From Acidimicrobiia bacterium (GTDB taxonomy: Bacteria; Actinomycetota; Acidimicrobiia; Spongiisociales; ZC4RG35), in assembly GCA_035253825.1 (NCBI GenBank), contig DATFBM010000012.1, positions 22,054 through 86,053 of the forward strand: a stretch of 64,000 bases of DNA, written 5' to 3'. Position numbers and translations under genes: made by a program. The notes below the pieces were generated by a model that was not told the DNA's origin, made no database searches, and was given only the letters and a program-made list of their open reading frames with translations. Below are positions 46,520-55,520 of the stretch, piece by piece; positions within the stretch are counted from its first letter, which is position 1; every line of letters begins with the position of its first letter.

Positions 46520-49237
46520 CTACCGGCGTCGTTGCAGCATCAGGGCCAATATCACCACGGGTAAAAGTCCGCCGAGAGCCGAGATGAGCCATGCCTGACT
46601 GTCCATCCTCACCACTCCAAAGACGTCGCGAAAAGGGCCCACAATGGTTCCGATCTGCAGCAGTAGACCCGCCGCGGCCGCCGCGGCAAGACGTGGGTTG
46701 AAGTGGTTGCTCCCGGCGGGAAGGCGCACGACGTAGGCGTACAGGAGGTGAGCGGCGACCAGTGCAGTAAACATCGAAGTCCGGGCCTCTTCCCAACTTC
46801 CTCCACTATTTCGAACTGCGATCAATGCCGCTATCGCTCCCCCGGCCAGCACTAGCGCCCGGATTCCCAGCACCGCCAGCCGCCTCATAGAAAGGAGTTG
46901 GGTCGCCGACGAGAAAGCTGAACGATAGAGCAGGTCCTCGCGGTGACGGTCGAAACCGAGCGCCAACGCGGGCAGGCCATCGGTCAGCAGGTTGATCCAA
47001 AGAAGCTGGAGGGGAAACAAGGGAATCCCCAAGTCGGGAAAAAAGGCGAGCCCAGCGAGCAAGACTGATATTTCAGAGAGGTTTCCACCGACCAAGTAGT
47101 CGATGACCTTCCTGATGTTGTCGAATATCCCTCGGCCTTCACGGATTGCTCTGGTAACCAGGTTGAGGTCGTCGTCGGTGATGACAAGGTCGGCCGCCTC
47201 TCGGGCTACCTGGCTGCCACCGCGGCCCATGGCGACTCCGATGTTGGCCCGACGGAGGGCTGGAGCATCGTTCACTCCGTCGCCCGTCACTGCAACTACG
47301 TGGCCGATTGATTGAAATGCTTCCACCAAGTCGAGCTTTTGCTCCGGATCAACTCGTGCGTAGACCCGCACCGAACCGAGATCAGCGGGTACGCCATCCG
47401 CTCGCAGCTGGCTGCCGGTCAGAACCTCACCGTCGCCAGAGGGCAATCCTGCAGATCGGGCTATTGCCGAAGCGGTGCCGACGTGGTCACCCGTCACCAT
47501 TATCAGCTGGACTCCGGCGTCCGTCACGTTTTTCACCGCTTCAGCAGCTTCTGCCCTGAGGGGATCGTGCAAGGCCACCAACGCCACGTAGACCAGGTCG
47601 CTTTCGGCGGCGGCCAAGTCGGATGGGAAGTAGTCCATTGTGCGGGTGGCGAGCGCCAGGACTCGCGAGCCGGCGGCGGCGAGCCCATCAACTGTTTCAA
47701 GCACTCTCGAGCGGTCTTGATCGGTCAAGGGTCTCGAGCCGCTCCCATCTGTCAACACAGACCCGCTGGCCGAAAGAACGGCCTCCGGCGCCCCTTTGGT
47801 CAGCAGCTCGAATCCGCCCGCGGCCTCGTGGAGAGTGCTCATCATCTTCCGGCGGGAGTCGAATGGCAGATTTCCGACCCTAGGAAGAGCCTCCCGCAAG
47901 TGCTGGATTTCGGCTGGGTCGAATGCCTCCAATAGCGCGACTTCGACCGGGTCGCCTTGGGGGGGATCAGTCGTCGCGTCATTGCACAGGGCACACACGC
48001 GCAGAACGCGGTCACGCAGGGCGCCGGTGGGCTGCCCGAGGGTGAATCCCGCCTCTCCGGCAATGACTCCCGACATCCGCAGCCGGTTTTGCGTGAGGGT
48101 GCCGGTCTTGTCGGTCAACAGCACGGTAGTTGAGCCAAGGGTTTCGACCGCCGGCAGGTTGCGCACTATGGCGCCGTGGCGCGCCATGCGGCTCACTCCC
48201 AGGGCGAGGCTCAGGGTGACCACCGTTGGAAGTCCTTCGGGGACCGCCGCAACGGCCAATGCCACAGCCCCGAGAAAGGCTTGCTCCACCGCGTCGCTAT
48301 TTCCCTGCAGGCGGAGGAGAATCAAGAAGAATACGAACAGTGCGATCGCAATAGCAGCCTGACCAAGCCGGGCTGAAAGCGATGCCAGCTGCCTTTGAAG
48401 CGGTGTCGGCGGCGACTCCCTCTGGAGATGGCTGGCCACGCGCCCGACTTCCGTGTGCCGTCCCGTCGCTATAACCACGCCGCGCCCCGAGCCGGCGGTC
48501 ACCAAGGTCCCCGCGTAGGCCAGCCATGTTCGGTCGCCGAGGGGCAAAGTTATGTCACCGTCCGGGGCTGGACCCTTCGCGACTGCAAGGGATTCACCGG
48601 TCAAAGCAGATTCATCCACCTCAAGCGACCAGCTGTCGGTGATCCACAAGTCAGCGGCAACGCGATCTCCTGCCGCCAGGAGCACCACGTCGCCCGGCAC
48701 CACTTCCGCTGCCGGGATGGTGATGGCCTTTCCTGAGCGCATAACGACGGCCGCTGGCGCCGCCGCCGAACGTAACGCTTCCAGCGCGGACTCAGCCCTC
48801 TCCTCCTGGACCATGGCGATGACGATGTTGAGAATCACAATCGCGGTGATCGCCACGGCATCTCTTGGATGCCTGAGGGCAACAAGACTCACCATGGCAG
48901 CTGCCACCAGCAACAAGGACATCGGCTCGCGGACGTGGCTCCAAATGCGCCTGCCTAGCGACGCCCGAGCCGCCGTCGGCAGCTCGTTGCGCCCATTGGC
49001 GAGGCGATCGGACGCCTCCGCACCAGTGAGACCCGCTTCGACGTCGGCCTTCAAGCTCTCGAGGACTTCGTCCAGTTTGGCCCGGGTTTCCCCCCCGGAA
49101 TGAGAACCAGTCATGGCGGAAAGAGCATGACCAAGGACGTCGACCGGGTCAAAAGTCGCCTGGTCGCCGGAGGAAGGCCCGTATGTCGCAGCGGACAACG
49201 GCCTAGCTACAGAGGCTTCACCACGAGCACGTCGCAC
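46520..49237 (-). CDS. Cation-transporting P-type ATPase (P2 type, CtpF/SERCA-like)
   Basis: DKTGTLTQN phosphorylation site, TGES-like TGESLAV, MVTGDH, TGDGVNDAPALRRANIGVAMG. The start is uncertain: GTG 49237 overlaps the upstream USP gene by 31 nt, and ATG 49114 is an alternative. Confidence 0.9.
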   Translation of the reverse strand: MRRARGEASVARPLSAATYGPSSGDQATFDPVDVLGHALSAMTGSHSGGETRAKLDEVLESLKADVEAGLTGAEASDRLANGRNELPTAARASLGRRIWSHVREPMSLLLVAAAMVSLVALRHPRDAVAITAIVILNIVIAMVQEERAESALEALRSAAAPAAVVMRSGKAITIPAAEVVPGDVVLLAAGDRVAADLWITDSWSLEVDESALTGESLAVAKGPAPDGDITLPLGDRTWLAYAGTLVTAGSGRGVVIATGRHTEVGRVASHLQRESPPTPLQRQLASLSARLGQAAIAIALFVFFLILLRLQGNSDAVEQAFLGAVALAVAAVPEGLPTVVTLSLALGVSRMARHGAIVRNLPAVETLGSTTVLLTDKTGTLTQNRLRMSGVIAGEAGFTLGQPTGALRDRVLRVCALCNDATTDPPQGDPVEVALLEAFDPAEIQHLREALPRVGNLPFDSRRKMMSTLHEAAGGFELLTKGAPEAVLSASGSVLTDGSGSRPLTDQDRSRVLETVDGLAAAGSRVLALATRTMDYFPSDLAAAESDLVYVALVALHDPLRAEAAEAVKNVTDAGVQLIMVTGDHVGTASAIARSAGLPSGDGEVLTGSQLRADGVPADLGSVRVYARVDPEQKLDLVEAFQSIGHVVAVTGDGVNDAPALRRANIGVAMGRGGSQVAREAADLVITDDDLNLVTRAIREGRGIFDNIRKVIDYLVGGNLSEISVLLAGLAFFPDLGIPLFPLQLLWINLLTDGLPALALGFDRHREDLLYRSAFSSATQLLSMRRLAVLGIRALVLAGGAIAALIAVRNSGGSWEEARTSMFTALVAAHLLYAYVVRLPAGSNHFNPRLAAAAAAGLLLQIGTIVGPFRDVFGVVRMDSQAWLISALGGLLPVVILALMLQRRR

Positions 49238-49635
49238 TTCGCGATGTGAAGCGCCCGATGGCTTGTACTCCCCAGCACGAGGGAGGCGAACTCGCCACGG
49301 CCTCGCGTGCCGATCACCAGTAGGGCAGCTTGATGCTCGGACGCATAGTCGACGAGAACGTCCGGCGGATACCCGGACAGGTCGACAGCCTTCACCGGTA
49401 TATCAGCCTCCCTGAGAATCGGATCGAGCGAGCTCCAAACTGCCTTGCGTTGGGCGGCCTCAATCGCGGCGATGTCTATCGGAACTGCCACCTCCATTGG
49501 GAGGTGGAAATAGATCGGACTCTGCACAACATGAACAACGTGCAGATCAGCATCCTTCGCGGTGGCTTCCTCGATCGCCCGGCGTAGCACGTGTTGGGCG
49601 TGGGCCGAATCGTCCACTCCGGCCACGATGATCAC
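49207..49635 (-). CDS. Universal stress protein (single domain)
   Basis: MIIVAGVDDSAHAQHVL...LLVIGTRGRGEFASLVLGSTSHRALHIAKCDVLVV. Confidence 0.85.
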   Translation of the reverse strand: MIIVAGVDDSAHAQHVLRRAIEEATAKDADLHVVHVVQSPIYFHLPMEVAVPIDIAAIEAAQRKAVWSSLDPILREADIPVKAVDLSGYPPDVLVDYASEHQAALLVIGTRGRGEFASLVLGSTSHRALHIAKCDVLVVKPL

Positions 49636-49674
49636 TTTGGTCCTCCTTTTTGAGCGATTCAGTTCATGAGGCCG

Positions 49675-50193
49675 CTACGGCTCAGTGGTCGAGCCGGCGG
49701 CAGCGGTCTCCTGGAGAGAAACGGCGATCTCGGCGGCCCAATCCCGTATTTGCCCCCAATCGCGGAAGTCGCCGTAGGGGGCTCGGAGGGCGCCAACGAC
49801 GGCGCGTTCGGGGAAGCTGAGCAGGGTTTTGTCGAGCTTGCCCGCGAAAAGCCGGTGCTCACGCGCCTTGGTCAGATCCATCATTTGCTGTACGTCCACA
49901 GGTTCCTCGGTCGGCTTGGGCGGGTCCCCTATCGGCCCACTGGAAAAGAGCCAGACGGGTTTGTTCGCCAGCCTCTCTGCGATCCGCTGTGTCATCTCGA
50001 TGGCGGGCTTCATCCAATGGCCGGCGTAAACGGCGCTTCCGACCACGATCGCGTCGCAATCGTCGATGCCGTCAATCTGTGCCGGTTCTCGGACGATGAC
50101 CTCGAGGCCCCGGCTGGTCAGCTCTGAGGCGATGGCGTCGGCGATTCCGGCGGTCGCTCCGTGTTTGGAAGCGGCGCTTACTAGGACTTTCAT
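49675..50193 (-). CDS. Flavodoxin-like protein
   Basis: MKVLVSAASKHGATAGIADAIA...AIVVGSAVYAGHW. Start set at the internal ATG 50193. Confidence 0.8.
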   Translation of the reverse strand: MKVLVSAASKHGATAGIADAIASELTSRGLEVIVREPAQIDGIDDCDAIVVGSAVYAGHWMKPAIEMTQRIAERLANKPVWLFSSGPIGDPPKPTEEPVDVQQMMDLTKAREHRLFAGKLDKTLLSFPERAVVGALRAPYGDFRDWGQIRDWAAEIAVSLQETAAAGSTTEP

Positions 50194-50273
50194 TCTCTTC
50201 CCTTTCTGCTCGGCTACCCAGAGCCGCATTCACTTGACTAAGGGCTTCGCAAGGGCTTGACCATGCCCTCCGC

Positions 50274-50798
50274 TCAACCGTGGAAGCTTCCGGCGAGCGG
50301 GCCCCAGTGCGAGTCTGCAGAGAGGTTGGTCTGCAGTCGGGTGCTGGCCCGAGACCAGTAGGACATTCGTTCGTACTGCTCGGGGATCCTTCTCCCGCTG
50401 ACCTCGGTGGGGTGGAGCCGAACCCACGTTGTCGGCTGCTGCCGGGGAACCCAATCCTCGAGCCCGATTGCCTCCAGCTTTCGAGTTTCCACCGGGTCGT
50501 GAACGGTTTCCGCCCGACCGCGGACGATCACACTCCAGCCCCCACGTTGGGCGGTATTCCAGCCGTCGGCCTCAAAACTCACCGCGGCTCCAATCCACAC
50601 TGCGTCCATCTTTTCGCCCGCCGCAGTCCGGAAAACGATGGTCCCCTCAACGAAGCGAAACAACACTGGAAAGATCATCGGCTCACCCGCCGCGATCACG
50701 CCCAATCGGCCAATTGGCGTACTGGAGAGAAGCTCTTCACATTCTTTTCTGGCTAGCACGACCATCCCGCGACGGTCGGTGGGCGGTACAAAACTCAT
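50274..50798 (-). CDS. Pyridoxamine 5'-phosphate oxidase (PPOX)-like split-barrel family protein
   Basis: LARKECEELLSSTPIGRLGVIAAGEPMIFPVLFRFVEGTIVFRTAAGEK...WSVIVRGRAE. Confidence 0.8.
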   Translation of the reverse strand: MSFVPPTDRRGMVVLARKECEELLSSTPIGRLGVIAAGEPMIFPVLFRFVEGTIVFRTAAGEKMDAVWIGAAVSFEADGWNTAQRGGWSVIVRGRAETVHDPVETRKLEAIGLEDWVPRQQPTTWVRLHPTEVSGRRIPEQYERMSYWSRASTRLQTNLSADSHWGPLAGSFHG

Positions 50799-50846
50799 GC
50801 TTCTTCCTTTCCTTTGAGCCCAGTGTCCCGAAAATTTCGCTGAGCA

Positions 50847-50887
50847 CTAGGGCCGACCGGCCCTAGGAGAAAGGCCGTTCCGCCCAA
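50847..50887 (-). promoter_or_regulatory. DevR-box-like palindrome plus a degenerate second box upstream of the PPOX-flavodoxin-USP-ATPase operon
   Basis: CTAGGGCCgaccGGCCCTAG (50847-50866; 8-bp perfect arms) lies 48 nt before the start at 50798. AAGGCCGTTCCGCCCAA is at 50871-50887. Confidence 0.45.
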
Positions 50888-50902
50888 ACGCTTTTGGTGA
50901 CA

Positions 50903-50930
50903 GTCAAAAGGGCTCCCCTGAGGGGAGCCC
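50903..50930 (-). terminator. Rho-independent terminator after 50980..51270
   Basis: GGGCTCCCC (50910-50918) pairs with GGGGAGCCC (50922-50930). On the minus strand it is followed by TTTTG. Confidence 0.6.
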
Positions 50931-50979
50931 TCTCCTTTGCCGCCTGAAGGCCTCCGGCTGGTCGACCGGCCGGCCTGGC

Positions 50980-51270
50980 TCAAGACATTTTGCTGCGAAT
51001 CAGTTTGTTAATGGCCCCGAGGTTCGGCGCCCAGCCGACGCCGAACAATTTGCCCGAAATGACGGGACCTTCCGGGTTCCAGTAAGTGCTCTGTAGCCGC
51101 TCCATCGTCGGCATTCGGAAGTCATACGGCACGAAGTCGAAAACCTTTCCGTGCCACTTTCTTTCCGCCTTCGGTTTTCTGAGTTCTTGCACTATGGCCA
51201 CCACTCCGATGACGGCCAGGAGCAATTGCCAAAGAGTTCTGAAGCTCGGTTTGCGCCGTTCGCGTTCCAT
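50980..51270 (-). CDS. Small membrane protein (DUF5808-like)
   Basis: 96 aa with one TM (LWQLLLAVIGVVAIV) and GKLFGVGWAPNLG near the C-terminus. The family assignment is from memory and tentative. Confidence 0.55.
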   Translation of the reverse strand: MERERRKPSFRTLWQLLLAVIGVVAIVQELRKPKAERKWHGKVFDFVPYDFRMPTMERLQSTYWNPEGPVISGKLFGVGWAPNLGAINKLIRSKMS

Positions 51271-51367
51271 CCGGCAACGCTATCCGAAAGCGACGAGCAC
51301 TGCACACCCGCGGGGTGGCCCCGGGTTCCGACCTTGGCCGCTGGCTCCAGGGGTTGCTCGGGAGGCG

Positions 51368-52009
51368 TCACGTGGCCGATTTGCCTTCGACCACCTCATG
51401 GAACTGAAGCGACCGAGCGATCAAGACGCCCGCCTTCCAACCTGGTGCTCGACCGCCTTCTGGCGGCAGCAAGGCGCCGGCATCTACTCCGGCTCGAGTG
51501 AGCAGATATGAAATCACGGAATTCGAGTTCCACATCTCCCCCGCGTTCTCATCTGCTCTACCCCAAACCAGGGGCGGCACCGTGGCCACCAGGTCGATAA
51601 CCTCGCGGGCCTGACCTTCGTCTTCGCTGAGGAGTTGCACCTCAACAGCCTCCGCGGCGTCTGAAATGACTCCACCCGACCAGCACCGCAGCTCATATCT
51701 GAAAGGCCGGAACCGAGCCAGTCGGTGACTGAAAACGGGCCCTTCGAGGACCACTCCTCTTGCGTGGAGATTGGCATCGGGGCTTGGCCAGGCGCTCTCC
51801 ACGACGAAGCGGTTCTCCGACAGGCAAACCTCCAGAGCTGTGTGGTAGAGATCGAGTGGCTTCCTTCTCTCGCTCCGGGCCTTGAAAATCTCGTAAATCC
51901 GGCCGTTAAAGCGCACAAACCCCATACCACCGGCGCCAAGAGGCAACCACCAAAGGTAAATGCCAGCATCGGAGATTTTGCCGGCTTGACAGCCGCAAAT
52001 CGACGTCAT
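51368..52009 (-). CDS. Hypothetical protein (no recognised domain)
   Basis: Start set at ATG 52009 (MTSICGCQAGK...) to avoid overlap with the upstream gene. 213 aa, globular-looking, in an operon context. Confidence 0.55.
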   Translation of the reverse strand: MTSICGCQAGKISDAGIYLWWLPLGAGGMGFVRFNGRIYEIFKARSERRKPLDLYHTALEVCLSENRFVVESAWPSPDANLHARGVVLEGPVFSHRLARFRPFRYELRCWSGGVISDAAEAVEVQLLSEDEGQAREVIDLVATVPPLVWGRADENAGEMWNSNSVISYLLTRAGVDAGALLPPEGGRAPGWKAGVLIARSLQFHEVVEGKSAT

Positions 52010-52044
52010 GGTGCATCGGCTCTGCTTCAACAGCTCCAGATCAC

Positions 52045-52977
52045 TCACTCCAGACGAACCGGGTACTCCCGGATGTGGATGCGGCTCCCGTCTTTGGCTG
52101 AGAACTCCCACACGATGAGTGCGCCGAACTGATCACGGTCCACTTCATAAGGGACCTCAACAGACCATTCCCCCCAGCACCCGGTGCCGCAGCTGGCCCT
52201 GACGACATCCTCGAAAAGTGGCTCCCCATCGTCGTCGGTGAGCATGACCTGAGACACCGCTTCGAAGACGTTGCTGAGCCCGCTCACCTGGATTGGGCTG
52301 CTCACCGGCTCGCCCCAGGCAGGTCGATCGACGAAGATGGGGGGCAACAGGTCGAAGTAGTCATCTCGCTGCTGCGGCCCGTCGAGTTCGATTCCCTCCG
52401 CTGAGAAGACGGTCACCGACTCGCCCTCGATCTCGAATGCGACCGAGTGGATATCCGGGAGCCGGGTGAGGGTGTACACCACTTGGGCGAGGCGAGCAAA
52501 CATGCCAAAACTGCCCCCGCCGTCGTCGAACTCGCCGCTCAGGTTCACCGTGGCCACACCATTCACGATGGAGCCGCCCAGGGCTTGCGTTTCCTCGGGG
52601 ATTGCGGTCGAAATCGACGGGGTGCCGGCTGTCTCCTCTGGGGTGGGCCCAGCCAGCAGGACCTCAACGGCCTGCTGGGCTGAATTTCCTGACGAACTGA
52701 CCTCTCGGTGCACCGGCACCAGGAAGGGTCCCGGTGGCTCTTCTCCCTCGAGTTGGTCGAGCAGGAAGTAGACCACCAATCCCGTGGACTCGGACGCGGT
52801 GGTGGTTGTCTGCGGCGCGGTGGTGGTCGACGGAGCCTGGGTTGTGGTTGTACTCACAGGTGCATCCGTCGTGATCGGCGGCGTGGTCGTCGAACGCTCG
52901 GCTCCTCCGCACGCCGCCGCCACGAGAGCCAAGACCGTCGTCCCCACAAAGAGCAACCCCGGGCGCCGCCCGATCAT
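52045..52977 (-). CDS. Lipoprotein with GerMN and Gmad2-like (spore-germination-type Ig-like) domains
   Basis: Lipobox LALVAAAC|GG, a Thr/Pro-rich linker, then ...VPVHREV...AQQAVEVLLAGPTPEE...VATVNLS... (GerMN-like). Alternative ATGA-coupled start at 53034. Confidence 0.7.
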   Translation of the reverse strand: MIGRRPGLLFVGTTVLALVAAACGGAERSTTTPPITTDAPVSTTTTQAPSTTTAPQTTTTASESTGLVVYFLLDQLEGEEPPGPFLVPVHREVSSSGNSAQQAVEVLLAGPTPEETAGTPSISTAIPEETQALGGSIVNGVATVNLSGEFDDGGGSFGMFARLAQVVYTLTRLPDIHSVAFEIEGESVTVFSAEGIELDGPQQRDDYFDLLPPIFVDRPAWGEPVSSPIQVSGLSNVFEAVSQVMLTDDDGEPLFEDVVRASCGTGCWGEWSVEVPYEVDRDQFGALIVWEFSAKDGSRIHIREYPVRLE

Positions 52978-53030
52978 GCATGGAGAGTTAGCCCGCTGCC
53001 CTCCCTCTCCCCACCGCCCAAGCTTGGAGC

Positions 53031-53444
53031 TCATGCCGGACGGGCGGTTCTGACTCCGACGTCGCGGATCCCGAGGCCGATCAGGATGAACAAGAAGCCG
53101 ATCAGGATCGCCATCCCGGCCACCCCAAAGGCGACCACGGACGTGAATAGAGACGCCTGGAGGAATGCCGCCGACTGGGCAACCTGTCGGCGAGGATCCT
53201 CGCGCTCGAGTTCCGCATAGCGGAGCCCGTCGGTCGCGTCCAGGGCGTGCTGATCGATGATCTGGGCTTCGCAATAGGCGCTGAAAGGCCCGTTGACCTC
53301 GTCACCGGCCAAGCAGGTCGCGTCGTCGGAGACCGTTATCTTCTGATCGCCGAGTGTGCGGCTCACCACTATCCAGGTAGCTGCCCCACCCACAATCAAT
53401 ACCAAGCCGATCAGGATCGACAGTATCGAGGCGGTTCTTCTCAT
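53031..53444 (-). CDS. Uncharacterised bitopic membrane protein, family A (paralogue of 42642..43181)
   Basis: See 42642..43181. The RBS GAAAGGA precedes ATG 53444. Confidence 0.7.
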   Translation of the reverse strand: MRRTASILSILIGLVLIVGGAATWIVVSRTLGDQKITVSDDATCLAGDEVNGPFSAYCEAQIIDQHALDATDGLRYAELEREDPRRQVAQSAAFLQASLFTSVVAFGVAGMAILIGFLFILIGLGIRDVGVRTARPA

Positions 53445-53521
53445 CAGGGTCCTTTCTCACGTCGGGGTAACCACCTTGGCAGCCCGACCAACGAGTTTGT
53501 CTTGGGATTCCTAAGTCAAGC

Positions 53522-53539
53522 AAGGGGCCAGTAGCCCTT
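53522..53539. promoter_or_regulatory. DevR-box-like palindrome in a divergent promoter
   Basis: AAGGGgccagtagCCCTT, 77 nt from both divergent start codons (53444 and 53617). Confidence 0.3.
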
Positions 53540-53616
53540 CGTTAGCTGCCGAATGGCCCTACCCCTCCCCGGTCAGGGCGAGCAAATTGCGAGGGTCCCC
53601 AACGCAGGGAGCCGCC

Positions 53617-54945
53617 ATGAACGATTCGTCCAAAGTTTTCGACCGCCTGATCATCTTCTTGTGTGTAATTGGAGTGCTTGCGATGGCTGCGACTTTGGTA
53701 GTCGCCATCCGGGGTCCAGCGGCAGCGGCCGAGACCAGTGGCAGCATGGTCGATGTCTCTTTATCTGAGTTCTCAATCAGTGGTGATCTAAACGTTCCGG
53801 TAGGACCCGTTGCCCTGCGTGTGACCAACAATGGGACGGTCGCTCACAACCTCCGGTTAGAGAACGGACCCGCCACTCCTGACCTCGGTGCTGGAGAGAG
53901 TGCAGCCCTCGATCTGGGTGAGCTTCCAGCCGGCTCTTATCGGCTGTTTTGCACGATTCCCGGACATGAGTCCGCCGGTATGAGCGCCTCCCTCGCCGTA
54001 GGATCCGAGGGCGAACACGCCGGACATGGAACCACCGTTGACTATGCGGCCATGGACGCGGCAATGGTGCAAAGCATCCTCCAGTTTCCGTCGGCCACCA
54101 CCGGGAGCGGCAATCAGCTGCTCGAACCGACGATTCTTGCCGATGGGACCAAGCAGTTCGAGATCACGGTCGCCATCACTCCATGGGAGGTAGAGCCTGG
54201 AAAAGTCGTCGATGCATGGACCTATAACGGCCAGGCACCCGGCCCGGCGATCAAAGTCGATGATGGCGACCGGGTGTCGGTGGTCGTCTCCAACGAGCTT
54301 CCCATGGGTACCGATGTTCACTTCCATGGGATCAAGCTCAGCAATGCCATGGATGGCGTATCACCTATCACTCAACCGCTGATCGAGCCCGGGGAAGCAT
54401 TCGAATACCAGTTCACCGCAGAAGGTCCCGCGGTTGCCATGTATCACGCCCACCACCATGCCCAGTTGCAGGTCCCCAACGGGCTGTTCGGTACCTTGAT
54501 CATCGGCGACTTGCCCTTACCGCTTGGTCGCACAATCGGCCGTCACGAGATACCAGGCGAGCTTGCGTTGTCCGCAGAGATACCCATGGTCCTCAACGAC
54601 GCCGGTGTGATCGGTTACTCCCTCAACGGCAAATCCTTCCCTGCTACCGCCCCCCACGTCGTAGGCCTGAACGAGTGGTTCCTGGTCCACTACTACAACG
54701 AAGGTCTCCAAATCCATCCCATGCACCTCCACGGATTCCCCCAGCTCGTGGTTGCCAAAGATGGATTCCCTCTCGACGAGCCCTATTGGGTCGACACACT
54801 CAACGTAGCTCCAGGAGAGCGATTCTCTGTTCTCGTCCACGCCACCGAGCTGGGGACCTGGGTGTGGCATTGCCACATCCTCAACCACGTTGAGTCCGAA
54901 ACCGGAATGTTTGGGATGGTCACCGCGGTGATCGTGGAGCCGTGA
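53617..54945 (+). CDS. Membrane-anchored multicopper oxidase with an extra N-terminal type-1 cupredoxin domain
   Basis: N-terminal TM. Cupredoxin with H...CTIPGHESAGM. MCO copper motifs HFHG, HAHHH, WHCHILNHVESETGMFG. Confidence 0.85.
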   Translation: MNDSSKVFDRLIIFLCVIGVLAMAATLVVAIRGPAAAAETSGSMVDVSLSEFSISGDLNVPVGPVALRVTNNGTVAHNLRLENGPATPDLGAGESAALDLGELPAGSYRLFCTIPGHESAGMSASLAVGSEGEHAGHGTTVDYAAMDAAMVQSILQFPSATTGSGNQLLEPTILADGTKQFEITVAITPWEVEPGKVVDAWTYNGQAPGPAIKVDDGDRVSVVVSNELPMGTDVHFHGIKLSNAMDGVSPITQPLIEPGEAFEYQFTAEGPAVAMYHAHHHAQLQVPNGLFGTLIIGDLPLPLGRTIGRHEIPGELALSAEIPMVLNDAGVIGYSLNGKSFPATAPHVVGLNEWFLVHYYNEGLQIHPMHLHGFPQLVVAKDGFPLDEPYWVDTLNVAPGERFSVLVHATELGTWVWHCHILNHVESETGMFGMVTAVIVEP

Positions 54946-54946
54946 A

Positions 54947-55438
54947 GTGTTCGTCTACTACTTCGTGCACGTCGAAAAACCGTTCGAGGCAGTAGTCCGC
55001 GATCTCACCGACGCCCCCGGTCGGCTCACGGCTTGGGGACGGGTGGCCTACGAAGGATGGGACGAGCTCCGAACCCGCATCCACCCCAGCTTTCCGGCTC
55101 TCACCAAAGAGGTGGAGGTGACGGTGGGAAAGCTCCGGCAGCGGGGTGGAGCGACGACTGTTCCCATCTCGTGGAAAGCCACGGGTATCGGTGCCCTGTT
55201 CCCGGTGCTCGAAGCCGACCTGGTAGTGGAACGGATCGGTGCGGACCTGACCCAGATCACCCTCCAAGGGCGGTATCGACCCCCCTTTGGAGCCGTCGGT
55301 CGCCTGCTCGATGCCGCCCTCTTCCACAGGCTGGCGGAGGCATGCGTCAAGGACTTTCTCAACCGTCTGGCCGAGGCGGTTGGCGCACCCGGGGATGACG
55401 ACTCGGGTGAGGCGCTATCCATGTCATCGAAGGTCTGA
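54947..55438 (+). CDS. Uncharacterised soluble protein, family B (paralogue of 43359..43820)
   Basis: See 43359..43820. It starts 1 nt after the oxidase stop codon. Confidence 0.7.
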   Translation: MFVYYFVHVEKPFEAVVRDLTDAPGRLTAWGRVAYEGWDELRTRIHPSFPALTKEVEVTVGKLRQRGGATTVPISWKATGIGALFPVLEADLVVERIGADLTQITLQGRYRPPFGAVGRLLDAALFHRLAEACVKDFLNRLAEAVGAPGDDDSGEALSMSSKV

Positions 55439-55455
55439 GCTTCCTCGTCGAACGG

Positions 55456-55472
55456 AGGGACGTTCTCCTCTA
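55456..55472 (+). promoter_or_regulatory. Weak DevR-box-like site
   Basis: AGGGACGTTCTCCTCTA, 48 nt before TTG 55521. Confidence 0.25.
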
Positions 55473-55520
55473 GTCCCACCCGGCGGCATCACCTTGGCTG
55501 GCGCGTAGAAAGGAGTTCTG

